Part shown: positions 23,672 through 32,000 of the stretch, one piece after another
Numbering within the stretch: position 1 is the stretch's first letter
Layout: each line of letters begins with the position of its first letter
Source: Candidatus Electronema aureum
Lineage (GTDB): Bacteria > Desulfobacterota > Desulfobulbia > Desulfobulbales > Desulfobulbaceae
Reading direction: 5' to 3'
DNA length: 32,000 nt
Assembly: GCA_004284765.1 (NCBI GenBank)
Contig: NQJD01000025.1
Coordinates: 1 to 32,000 of the forward strand
Program-made: the position numbers and the translations under genes
The notes under the pieces: generated by a model
What the model was told of the DNA's origin: nothing
The model's input: only the letters and a program-made list of their open reading frames with translations
Databases searched by the model: none

Positions 23672-24970
23672 TTGAAGATGTCAGGCAGCGGAGAAGTACC
23701 AGCTTTCAGGAGCTTACAGAGGCAGGACAGATACGGCATGACTGAAGTGAAGCCCGATCACGAGGGAGACCCGGCACTGTTGTCCGGGAAAGACTTTTTC
23801 TTTAACGGTGGCTCAAGCAGTATGGCCTCGTATGAGAAAAGCTCTCCTATTTATTCCCTCCTGAGCGGGCAGCGGGTTGGCCAGATTCCTATCGACGAGC
23901 ACAAGGAGATCGACCGAGAAGAACGGGCCGCTTACCAGAAGATACTCTCAGGCCTCCAAGGACTGTTGCTGCTGCTGGTATTGCTCTTCGTTCAGCTCCC
24001 CTGTGTGTCAGTGCTGCATCCTCCTATACTCTACGGTACATTAGCGGGCTTCGGTCTGTTTAGCGGGGTCGCTCACTTCCTTTGGCGTAGATATCACCGC
24101 GAACCTTGGCATATAACTCTCAATAACTGGGTTGTCCTTCTTTTCATCCTCATCACTATCTGGCAGACCGGGATGCTATCCAGTCCCTTTCTGCCGCTCT
24201 GCTTCCTCTCGGTTATGCTGGCTGGTATAACCCTTGGCCCAGACGCAATCCTCCAGCAAACCGGTGCATTCACCGTCAGTGGTGCCTTGCTCGCTCTTGC
24301 TGACCGCAAGGCCTTTTCCGGTAGCTTGGCTGCGCTTCATGTGGATGCAGAATATCTGTCTGGGCCGCTGATTCAGATCGTGTTACTCTGGCTGCTGGCG
24401 TGGGTTGCTTCGCAGATATCGATAGAAACTGAAGTCACCAAGGAGAAGATACGCCAGCTCTCGCGCACCGACCAGCTCACTGGCCTCTGGAATATGAAGA
24501 TGCTGCTGATCTTCATGCAGCGCGAGTACCAACGCACGCTGACCAGAGCCGGCAAGTTCTCTGTGCTGATGATCGATGCGGACAGTCTCAAGGCCGTCAA
24601 CGATGCCTACGGTCATCATGCAGGCACCATGTTGATTGTCTCCATCTCCGAGACCATGCGGGCCGGTCTGCGAGAAGAGGACATGCTAGCTCGCTTTGGC
24701 GGCGACGAGTTTGTCGCCTTTCTGCCAGAGACCAACTGCCAAGAAGCATACAATGTAGCCGAGCGGCTGCGTAGTCGCATCGAGTACACCCCGCTGATTT
24801 ATGAAAACCATTCTGTGCGGATTACAGTCAGCTGTGGCATTGCCTGCTTCCCAGAACACGGCGATAATTTGACTGAGATCATGAAGATGGCCGACCGTGC
24901 CTTGTACCGCAGCAAAGACCTTGGCAAGAACTGCTGCACCATCTTCACGTATGAAGATGACTTCAAGTAG
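23672..24970 (+). CDS. Membrane-anchored GGDEF diguanylate cyclase
   Basis: The C-terminal domain has DQLTGLWN, VLMIDADSLKAVNDAYGHHAG, an RxxD I-site (REED) five residues before the RFGGDEFV active site, and MKMADRALYRSK. Five to six TM segments lie N-terminal to it. The start is ambiguous (TTG 23672, ATG 23678, or later Met codons). Confidence 0.9.
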   Translation: MKMSGSGEVPAFRSLQRQDRYGMTEVKPDHEGDPALLSGKDFFFNGGSSSMASYEKSSPIYSLLSGQRVGQIPIDEHKEIDREERAAYQKILSGLQGLLLLLVLLFVQLPCVSVLHPPILYGTLAGFGLFSGVAHFLWRRYHREPWHITLNNWVVLLFILITIWQTGMLSSPFLPLCFLSVMLAGITLGPDAILQQTGAFTVSGALLALADRKAFSGSLAALHVDAEYLSGPLIQIVLLWLLAWVASQISIETEVTKEKIRQLSRTDQLTGLWNMKMLLIFMQREYQRTLTRAGKFSVLMIDADSLKAVNDAYGHHAGTMLIVSISETMRAGLREEDMLARFGGDEFVAFLPETNCQEAYNVAERLRSRIEYTPLIYENHSVRITVSCGIACFPEHGDNLTEIMKMADRALYRSKDLGKNCCTIFTYEDDFK

Positions 24971-24982
24971 GAGCCAAGCCGC

Positions 24983-26557
24983 TCAGTCCTGCCGAACCTC
25001 AATCGTACCTTGCAGGAAGTCCTTCACCTCGCTGATTGGCACCTCCTTACGGTGGAAGATACCAGCAGCAAGAGCTGCATCTGCCTTGGTTATTTGAAAG
25101 ACCTCTAAGAAGTGGGCAGCACAGCCTGCACCGCTGGAAGCAATCACGGGAATGCGCACCGCTTGCTTGACCGCGTTAATCAGCTCCAGATCAAAGCCTG
25201 AGTTGGTGCCATCACGGTCAATGCAGTTAAGCAGTATCTCGCCCGCGCCCAGTTGCTCACAGACCTTGGCCAGCGTGACTGCATCAAGGTCACGACCCTC
25301 ACGCCCGCCCTTGATTGTGCATTGATACCAGCAGTATTGCTCCCCGTTAGGGCCGGGAAAGGCAGTAGCTATCACCGGATGCCGCACTGCGTCAGGCGAG
25401 TTCACATACACTCGGCGCGGATCAACCGAGATCACCACGGCCTGATTACCATAGACCCGTGCTATCTGCTCGATTGAACTCATGCCAGTAGCTCTGCCCG
25501 TGGCTAAGACCTGCTCGACAATCAGCACAGCATCTGAGCCGATCGAAACCTTGTCCGCACCAGAGCGGAAGTATTCAGAAGCCACGTCTAACGCAGAGTG
25601 AAACGTGCCCTTGCAGTCGGTAAAGTCACGGATACCACCGCCGATAGTCAGCGGCACAAAGACCTGCTTCGAGGTCTCACGCAGCACCTCCATCATCGGC
25701 ATGTCCTCCAGTGGGAAAGCACGGAAGGCGGTGATGTTGAGGAAGGTGATCTCGTCTGCGCCTTGCTCGTAATAGTCTTGGGCCAGCTGCACTGGTTTAC
25801 CAAGATTGCGCACCTGTCCCTGCTCACGCACGTCGTACTGATCGCCCTTAGTCACAACTAAGTCACCTTGTTCATTCGAGCGCACATCGAGGCAAGCGAT
25901 GATCCGGGCAGCAAGCTGGGTTGGTTGCGGGCAAGAGCGCAGCTCCACCACCTCACGGCTGCTGCTGAGGAAGTTCTCTATCAGCTGCAAGCCTGCTTTA
26001 CCGCTCTTCTCTGGGTGAAACTGTGTGGCCACGACATTGCCCCGCTGGATCGAGCTGACAAACTCGTAGCCGTAGTCGGTGGAGGTCAACACATCCGCCC
26101 GGTTCTCCGGCTCAACATGGTAGGAGTGGACAAAGTAGAACTTCTCTTGCCCGCTCAGACTGTTGAAGAGACGCGAGGGCTGCGCTGCCCGGATGCCGTT
26201 CCACCCGATGTGCGGCACAGCAAGCTCTGTGCGGAAACGTCGCACTCGTCCCGGTAGGAAGCCAAGGCCAGGTACATCAGGAGCCTCTTCACTGCTCTCG
26301 AACAGGGCTTGCAGAGCAATACATATCCCGAAGAAAGGTCTGCCCGCGTGGAGATAACGCAGCAACGGCTCGACTAAGCCCTGATCGTTGAGGCTGCGCA
26401 TCATCGTCCCAAAGTTGCCTACACCGGGGAAGACTAAGCGTTCAGCTCGGTCGATATCCGCAGGCGAGCTGACCTGAGCCACGGTTTCGCCCAGCCGCTC
26501 AAGGGCGTTGATAACTGAGCGCACATTACCTGCGCCGTAATCAAGCAAAGTGATCAT
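24983..26557 (-). CDS. hisHF: Single-chain imidazole glycerol phosphate synthase (HisH glutaminase fused to HisF cyclase)
   Basis: The N-terminal half is HisH-like: ITLLDYGAGNVRSV, the catalytic Cys in FFGICIALQALF, and ATQFHPEKS. The C-terminal half is HisF-like: RIIACLDVRSNEQGDLVVTKGDQYDVRE...GADEITFLNITAF...PLTIGGGIR...GADKVSIGSDA...VISVDP...GAGEILLNCIDRDGTNSGFDL...PVIASSGAG. I place the start at the ATG at 26557 (MITLLDYG). The track's GTG at 26572 is an alternative. Confidence 0.9.
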   Translation of the reverse strand: MITLLDYGAGNVRSVINALERLGETVAQVSSPADIDRAERLVFPGVGNFGTMMRSLNDQGLVEPLLRYLHAGRPFFGICIALQALFESSEEAPDVPGLGFLPGRVRRFRTELAVPHIGWNGIRAAQPSRLFNSLSGQEKFYFVHSYHVEPENRADVLTSTDYGYEFVSSIQRGNVVATQFHPEKSGKAGLQLIENFLSSSREVVELRSCPQPTQLAARIIACLDVRSNEQGDLVVTKGDQYDVREQGQVRNLGKPVQLAQDYYEQGADEITFLNITAFRAFPLEDMPMMEVLRETSKQVFVPLTIGGGIRDFTDCKGTFHSALDVASEYFRSGADKVSIGSDAVLIVEQVLATGRATGMSSIEQIARVYGNQAVVISVDPRRVYVNSPDAVRHPVIATAFPGPNGEQYCWYQCTIKGGREGRDLDAVTLAKVCEQLGAGEILLNCIDRDGTNSGFDLELINAVKQAVRIPVIASSGAGCAAHFLEVFQITKADAALAAGIFHRKEVPISEVKDFLQGTIEVRQD

Positions 26558-26760
26558 GACGAACTGTTCCACCTCGTAAAAAGGAATTCATGGACAACCA
26601 CGGTAGGGATAGGTCTCTGTGCCTCCTCCCCTCTGCTCTCTTGGCAAAGAGTAACCGTAGCCAGCTTTGTAGAAAGGATTACGGAACAAGTCAAGCACAA
26701 TCATTGCTAAAGCGTAAGGTCGCTCTGAGCAATGAGGCAAAGAGTACTCTTCGTTGCTCT

Positions 26761-26867
26761 GTTCGAGCGTGTCTCGTTTGAGTGAACGGAGAAACCTCGT
26801 TCGAGCGAACGGGCCATGCTTGTTCGAGTGAACGAGGAAGTCTTGTTCGCTCGAACAAGGTATACTC
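26761..26867. repeat. Phased 23-nt tandem array carrying a 12-bp quasi-palindrome GTTCGAGYGAAC
   Basis: The units start at 26776 (gtttgagtgaac...), 26799 (gttcgagcgaac...), 26822 (gttcgagtgaac...) and 26845 (gttcgctcgaac..., the exact reverse complement of the 26799 core). An out-of-phase copy lies at 26761 (gttcgagcg). The array sits in the divergent region between hisHF and the hybrid kinase. Confidence 0.75.
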
Positions 26868-26982
26868 TAGAGCGTATTGCACGATCATCGAAAAGCATGA
26901 GCCTCCTTATGAGGAAAGACTGATGCAGCACTAACAGGCTGTGCTTGCCGCAGCGTAGCAGTTGGATTATACTCCGCAGATT

Positions 26983-29900
26983 ATGAATCTTGCCCAGCTG
27001 ATGACCTCACCGGTGATCACCGCTTCACCGGATACCCCGCTCCCTGCTCTGCTTGAGCTGATGGAGCAGGAACACATCTCTGCCGTGGTGCTGACGGATG
27101 ACGAAGGCCACCCAGTCGGCATGGTCACAGAGCGCGACATCACTCGCAGTGCAGCTCAAGATCGGCTGCATTCTGATCTGACCGGCGCAACCATGATGAC
27201 CGATAGCTTGGTAACTGCTTCGGCAGAGACCGGCTACCGGGAAGCCTTCCAGCAGATGGTGGTGTCGCGAGCGCGGCACTTAGTCGTGATCAATCAGGCT
27301 GGGCGAGCAGTGGGCATGGTCACAGAGACCAATTTCCTCCACTCGCTTGGCTTAGAGTATTTCGTTGATCTGAGTACGATTAAAGAATTAGTTGCTCGGC
27401 AGGTGGTCGCCCTCAAGCCTACAGACAGCGTTCATCTTGCCTTAGAGCAGATGCACCAGCACAGCATCAGCTGCGTGCCGATAACCGAGCAAGGCAAGCC
27501 GGTCGGTATCCTCACAGAAAGGGACGTGATTCGCCTCAGCCTCCAGCGGCTTGACTTTTATCATACCCGGCTTGAGGCAGTAATGAGTCAACCGGTCTGT
27601 GCGGTCTCAGAGCAAACTACTTTACCTGATGTGGTCAACATTCTGCGGATGCAGCACATCCGCCGTTTAATCATTGTTGATGAGCACGGACTGCTGACTG
27701 GTATCCTCACCGAAACCGACTTGCTCAAGGGTCTGCAAAGCAAATACTCCCGTCTGCTGCGTGAGATCATTCATGAGCAGGAACGCCAGCTGCGCGAGAC
27801 CCGCAAAGCCCTCAGTGATCAGGCTATTCTGCACTGCCTGTTAGAGTCTGCCCCTGATACCGGGATCGCGGCCACTGACCTCCAGTTGCGCATCCTTTAC
27901 TTTAACCCAATGGCCGCCCGCATCTACGGCTACAAGGTGGAGGATGTCATCGGCAGAACCGTGCATGAGTTTCACGTTCTCCACCAAATACCAGCAGAAC
28001 GCTTAGAGAACGCGGTGAGGCTTGTTCGTGAAAAAGGCTTTTACCAGTATAACATCCAGCGGCAAGAGCAAGGCCGCACCCGTCATTTCGAGATGCGGGT
28101 CTCAGCTATCCGTAATGCTGGCGGCGAGACCACCGGCTACATGCTCATGGGGCAAGACGTGACTCGGCGTAAGGAGGCAGAGTTTGCCTTGCAGCGCAGC
28201 GAGGAGCGGTTGCGCAAGAGCCAACAGTTTGCCCGTGCAGGCAGTTGGGAATGGCAGATCAGCACCGATGAGCTGTACTGGAGCGGCTGTACGCCGGTGC
28301 TGTTTGGCTATGAAGTGGACAAGATGAAAACCACGCGCGAGCAGTTTCTCCACAGTGTTCATCGTGATGATCGGCAGCGGGTGAATGAGGCGGTGTGTTC
28401 CTGCTTAGAACAGCGGACTGATTACGACATTGAGTATCGGGTGGTCTGGCCGGACAGCAGCGTGCATTGGTTACATGAGCAGGGCGATGTGGTGCGCGAT
28501 GAATACGGTGACGCAGTGAATATGCTTGGCTTAGTACAGGATATCACCTCACGCAAAGAAGCAGAACTCCAGCTGCAAGCACAGCACCGCTTCTTGGATT
28601 CAGTGATTGAGACGCTTCCCTCTTTGCTCTTCGTGAAAGACGCGGAACATTTGCGCTATGTCCGCTTTAATCGGGCAGGCGAACAGCTGATTGGCAGACC
28701 TGCTGCTGACTTCCTTGGGAAGTCCGATGCTGATCTCTTGCCGCTGCCTGAAGCAGAAGCACGTCTTACCGCCGATCACTGCCTGCTTGCCAGTGGTAAA
28801 GCCATTGAGATTACAGAAGAGCAGATCAGCACCTGCCAAGGCAACCGCTTGCTGCGTACTCGGAAGACTCCGATCCTCGATGAGCAAGGAAAGCCTGCTT
28901 ACTTGCTGGGCATTGCTGATGATATTACTGAGCAGCGAGCAGCAGAACACAACTTAGCCGAGGCAAGGATTCAGGCAGAGAAGGCTAATCAGGCCAAGAG
29001 CGACTTCTTAGCCAACATGAGTCATGAAATCCGCACCCCCATGAATGGTATCATTGGCCTGACTGAGCTGGCACTGAAGACGGAACTCAATACCCAGCAG
29101 GTTGACTACCTGCGCAAGGTGCATGAGTCGGCTCACTCGTTGCTCGGCTTACTGAACGATATCCTCGATCTGTCTAAGATTGAGGCGCACCGCTTAGAGC
29201 TGGAGTCTATTCCCTTTGACCTCCATCAGCTGATGGCCCAAATTGGCTCGCTGATGGCCATTCACAGCCAGCAGAAGGGCATTCATCTCCGCACCCGTAT
29301 TGCCCCGGAGATACCGCACTACTTGCTCGGCGACCCGCTGCGGATCAAACAGATACTGCTCAACTTGGTTGGCAATGCCTTCAAGTTCACCAAAGAAGGC
29401 GAGATCAGTATGGAGGTGCGGCCCGGTCTTCATGCCCAGCCCGGCTGCTTACCCATTGCCTTTACGGTGCAAGACACCGGTATCGGTATTGGCAAGGAGC
29501 AGCAGAGAGAGCTGTTCAAGCCCTTTGTTCAATCAGACAGTAGCACCACCCGCCTCTACGGCGGCACTGGGTTAGGTCTCGCCATTACCCGCCAGCTCGT
29601 GGAGATGATGGACGGTACCATTGAGCTGGTCAGTGCGCCCGGTGAAGGCAGTGCTTTCACCTTCACCCTACCCTTGCCGCTTTCTGATCAAGAGGAACTG
29701 GCCGCTCATATAGAACGTTCGGAGCTGCACGGCCCAGATAATGCGGTCTTAGATAGCATTCGTGGGGCGCGTATCCTGTTAGCAGAAGACAATAAGATCA
29801 ATCAGCAAGTAGCAATGGAGCTGCTTAGTCAAGAGTGCTTCTTGGTTGATCTGGCTGAGAACGGGCAGGAGGTCTTGAACTTGCTTCAGCCGGGCCGCTA

Positions 29901-30762
29901 CGATGCTGTGCTGATGGATTTACAGATGCCAGTGATGGACGGCTATCAGGCAACAGCGGCTATCCGCAGTCAGCCGGTCTATGCGGAACTGCCTATCTTA
30001 GCCATGAGTGCTAATGCGATGCGCCACGACCGCGAGCAATGCCGGGCCGCTGGTATGAACGACCACATCCCTAAGCCGGTTGATCGTCGGCTGCTGTTAG
30101 CTTCTCTCTGCCGCTGGATCAAACCCGGCACACGGGAGCGGGTGCATAAGCCAACGAAGCATTCAGCAAGCGAGCTGCCGCGTCTCTGCGGTATCAACAG
30201 TCGGGCGGCCTTAGAGCGGCTGGGCGGCAATCAGCGGGTGTATCTGAACATCTTGCGCAGTTTTGCTAAAGAGCATCCCGCAGCAGTGCAGGACATCCGC
30301 AGTGTCATGGCTGAGAATCAGCAGAAAGACGGGGAACGATTAGCCCACACCCTGAAAGGCTTGGCTGGTGCCATCGGTGCGGAAAAGCTCCAAGAGGCGG
30401 CCCGGCTCCTGGAGGAAGGGATCAGAAAGCAATTCCCCCTTGACCGCTTGCTTGATGCAGCAGAAGAACAGCTGAAGCGGGTCATCATTGCGCTGCGCCG
30501 CCTCCCGCCACTGGAGGAGGAAGAACAGGCCGAAACAGCCAGTCAAGAGCAGATCAGAGACGCGCTGCGGCTGCTCTTCGAGCGGTTGCAAAACTATGAT
30601 GCAGGTGCATCGGAGACCTTAGATGCGCTGCTGGAGATGACAGGAGGGAAGCCTGAGCTGCGGCAGCGATTGACTGCCTTGCAAGGCTCGGTGGAACAGT
30701 TTGATTTTGAGGCCGCTCGTACCGCGCTGGCCTCTTTTCCAGAACTCAGCTCTGCTGGCTAA
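26983..30762 (+). CDS. Hybrid sensor histidine kinase: 4x CBS - 3x PAS - HisKA/HATPase - REC - HPt
   Basis: There are four CBS-like units (LMTSPVITASPD...; MMTDSLVTAS...; VARQVVALKP...; VMSQPVCAVSE...). PAS regions follow (e.g. WEWQISTDELYWS...DIEYRVVWPDSSVHWL). The H-box is FLANMSHEIRTPMNG (His at 29023-29025). N/G boxes are NLVGNAFKFT, QDTGIGI and GGTGLGLAI. The REC domain has ILLAEDN...DAVLMDLQMPVMDG...AMSANA, and the HPt has AHTLKGLAGAIGA. I place the start at the ATG at 26983 (MNLAQLM). The track's TTG at 26962 is an alternative. Confidence 0.9.
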   Translation: MNLAQLMTSPVITASPDTPLPALLELMEQEHISAVVLTDDEGHPVGMVTERDITRSAAQDRLHSDLTGATMMTDSLVTASAETGYREAFQQMVVSRARHLVVINQAGRAVGMVTETNFLHSLGLEYFVDLSTIKELVARQVVALKPTDSVHLALEQMHQHSISCVPITEQGKPVGILTERDVIRLSLQRLDFYHTRLEAVMSQPVCAVSEQTTLPDVVNILRMQHIRRLIIVDEHGLLTGILTETDLLKGLQSKYSRLLREIIHEQERQLRETRKALSDQAILHCLLESAPDTGIAATDLQLRILYFNPMAARIYGYKVEDVIGRTVHEFHVLHQIPAERLENAVRLVREKGFYQYNIQRQEQGRTRHFEMRVSAIRNAGGETTGYMLMGQDVTRRKEAEFALQRSEERLRKSQQFARAGSWEWQISTDELYWSGCTPVLFGYEVDKMKTTREQFLHSVHRDDRQRVNEAVCSCLEQRTDYDIEYRVVWPDSSVHWLHEQGDVVRDEYGDAVNMLGLVQDITSRKEAELQLQAQHRFLDSVIETLPSLLFVKDAEHLRYVRFNRAGEQLIGRPAADFLGKSDADLLPLPEAEARLTADHCLLASGKAIEITEEQISTCQGNRLLRTRKTPILDEQGKPAYLLGIADDITEQRAAEHNLAEARIQAEKANQAKSDFLANMSHEIRTPMNGIIGLTELALKTELNTQQVDYLRKVHESAHSLLGLLNDILDLSKIEAHRLELESIPFDLHQLMAQIGSLMAIHSQQKGIHLRTRIAPEIPHYLLGDPLRIKQILLNLVGNAFKFTKEGEISMEVRPGLHAQPGCLPIAFTVQDTGIGIGKEQQRELFKPFVQSDSSTTRLYGGTGLGLAITRQLVEMMDGTIELVSAPGEGSAFTFTLPLPLSDQEELAAHIERSELHGPDNAVLDSIRGARILLAEDNKINQQVAMELLSQECFLVDLAENGQEVLNLLQPGRYDAVLMDLQMPVMDGYQATAAIRSQPVYAELPILAMSANAMRHDREQCRAAGMNDHIPKPVDRRLLLASLCRWIKPGTRERVHKPTKHSASELPRLCGINSRAALERLGGNQRVYLNILRSFAKEHPAAVQDIRSVMAENQQKDGERLAHTLKGLAGAIGAEKLQEAARLLEEGIRKQFPLDRLLDAAEEQLKRVIIALRRLPPLEEEEQAETASQEQIRDALRLLFERLQNYDAGASETLDALLEMTGGKPELRQRLTALQGSVEQFDFEAARTALASFPELSSAG

Positions 30763-30811
30763 TGGTGGTCATTAGTCAGCGGTTGTAGATCAATCCAACA
30801 CGGAGAACAAG

Positions 30812-31210
30812 ATGAAGCACGTCGTACTCGCAGTCTTCTTTTTACTTACTCAGCTGCTGCCAGCCTTTGCCGCTGATATCCAGGTGATGAGCAAGGAGCA
30901 ACTCAAGGCCAAGCTCGGCTCGCCGGACATGTTCATTCTCGATGCCCGCTCTGAAACGCAATGGGAAAGCAGCCAGTTCAAGATACCAGGAGCGCACTGG
31001 ATACCCAAAGATAACACCGACCAATGGGTAGCAAGTCTTCCGAAAAACAAGACCTTGCTGGTCTATTGCGCTTGCACCGGCAACGGCTTGGGAGCCAGCG
31101 GCAGAGTGGCGCAGGAACTGATTGATAAAGGCTTTACGAAGGTTTATGCGCTTGACGGTGGCTGGAAAGCATGGCAGGGCAGCGGCTATCCTGTTGAAGC
31201 AAGAAAATAA
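30812..31210 (+). CDS. Secreted rhodanese-like domain protein
   Basis: A signal-peptide-like N-terminus (MKHVVLAVFFLLTQLLPAFAA) precedes the rhodanese layout: FILDARSETQWESSQFKIPGAHWIP...LLVYCACTGNGLGAS...VYALDGGWKAWQ. An SD ggagaa lies upstream. Confidence 0.75.
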   Translation: MKHVVLAVFFLLTQLLPAFAADIQVMSKEQLKAKLGSPDMFILDARSETQWESSQFKIPGAHWIPKDNTDQWVASLPKNKTLLVYCACTGNGLGASGRVAQELIDKGFTKVYALDGGWKAWQGSGYPVEARK

Positions 31211-31227
31211 ACGCCGCCTGCCTTCTT

Positions 31228-31250
31228 CCCTCTGACTCTATTTCAGAGGG
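31228..31250. terminator. Candidate bidirectional stem-loop between convergent genes
   Basis: The stem is ccctctga (31228-31235) / tcagaggg (31243-31250) with a 7-nt loop. It overlaps the last codons of the minus-strand ORF and has no clear U-tract. Confidence 0.25.
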
Positions 31251-31948
31251 ACTGCTTGATCTTTCGATAGCCCGCCGCCTTCCCGCTGAGATACCTCACG
31301 GAAGCATACTTTGAGCTTACCACCCACTACCCCATCAATTCGATCATAAGGCAAGCGGATGGTCAGCGTGCTGTCAGCAATGATGGCGGTGCTGTCAGCT
31401 AACGGTGCTAAAGACTGCCTCTTTTGTGGCCCTACTGCGTACAAACTTGGATACGCTCGTCCTGCTCCAGCAGGAGAAACAGCCAGCAACACATCCAACT
31501 CCAGATCGTAGCCCGTCCTGCCCTCTTCACCGGTCAACACAACACCGGTAGCAGAATCCATGTCTGCATCAAAATAAAAACTCACTAACTGGGCATAATC
31601 ATCTTGGGTTGCAGGAGTAAAATACTCAGCAAAAGGCTTGGCCAAGGTCACGGTAAGCAGCAGCTCGCCTTTTTCACCCACAGCAGAAACCTCCCGGATG
31701 TCTAAGAGCGGATTGCTGGTGTCGCCGGTGGGATCACGCCAGATGATGAAGCCATCAACCGAGGGAAGGATTCGCACCTCCGGTTTTTCCTCTGACACAG
31801 GCACGGGCGAATTATTCTGTTCGGCGATAGGTCGTGTACTGAGTCCTGCTTTGTTGAGAAGCTGATCGAACTGTTTCGGTCCACCCACCACTGCTGCACC
31901 GATCATCGCCAGCAACGGGAGTAAAATACCCGCAAGAGCCATTGGCAT
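31238..31948 (-). CDS. Hypothetical N-terminally anchored/secreted protein
   Basis: The 236-aa ORF has an N-terminal hydrophobic helix (MALAGILLPLLAMIGAAVVGG) and no motif I recognise. By hand check, the frame remains open upstream to the window end (position 32000), so the true start could lie outside the window. Confidence 0.5.
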   Translation of the reverse strand: MPMALAGILLPLLAMIGAAVVGGPKQFDQLLNKAGLSTRPIAEQNNSPVPVSEEKPEVRILPSVDGFIIWRDPTGDTSNPLLDIREVSAVGEKGELLLTVTLAKPFAEYFTPATQDDYAQLVSFYFDADMDSATGVVLTGEEGRTGYDLELDVLLAVSPAGAGRAYPSLYAVGPQKRQSLAPLADSTAIIADSTLTIRLPYDRIDGVVGGKLKVCFREVSQREGGGLSKDQAVPLK

Positions 31949-32000
31949 CCACAGGCAGCGGTACGCGGAGCGAGGATCAACTTTTCCGTTTGCCTGCTTG

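Noticed and set aside
26872-26900. A sigma-54 style promoter (ttgcacg-n-...gc) upstream of the hybrid kinase
   Set aside because: The invariant GG of the -24 element is missing (TTGCAC instead of TGGCAC), and no properly spaced -12 TGC could be aligned.
26590-26931. Three small ORFs (63, 65 and 74 aa) in the hisHF / kinase divergent region
   Set aside because: They overlap each other on both strands and run through the tandem repeats. They lack SD sequences and have repeat-driven low-complexity translations. The region is better explained as regulatory DNA.

Overview
This is a 32-kb bacterial chromosomal segment of roughly 50-55% GC, estimated by eye. The gene content suggests a Desulfobacterota/deltaproteobacterium-like host, but that is a low-confidence inference.

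Most of the window is housekeeping and transport:
- prfC, and an ABC1/UbiB-type kinase paired with a phasin-like protein
- a ClC channel followed by a stand-alone RapZ C-terminal domain
- trkH-trkA
- a plus-strand string with tiny intergenic gaps: corC, lnt, a small AP2-like ORF, prfB (with its classical +1 frameshift), a CPA2 antiporter and a DUF486/DMT protein
- feoA, a Cys-rich peptide and feoB
- a GGDEF cyclase, a single-chain HisH-HisF, a CBS-PAS hybrid histidine kinase and a rhodanese

The accessory or unusual content is:
1. The main candidate system at 16311-20357. It pairs an EACC1-like 125-aa protein with a 1218-aa caspase(C14)-NB-ARC/STAND-TPR protein. This is an NLR/Avs-like conflict cassette that I believe is predicted only computationally and is untested experimentally.
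   - It is appended 3 nt after the DMT gene.
   - It is bracketed by that intact gene and a 54-nt collapsed in-frame copy of it.
   - It contains a sharp AT-rich trough inside its TPR sensor region.
   - It is followed by nine degenerate 21-nt tandem repeats.
2. One end of an IS630-family element at the left edge. It abuts a decayed ORF that ends in a linker motif typical of STAND NTPases.
3. A stand-alone 14-repeat LRR protein behind a CATCGAG-repeat structured leader.
4. A phased 23-nt array of a 12-bp quasi-palindrome upstream of the hybrid kinase.

I recognised no rRNA, tRNA or CRISPR array. All family assignments come from motif recognition by eye, not from searches.
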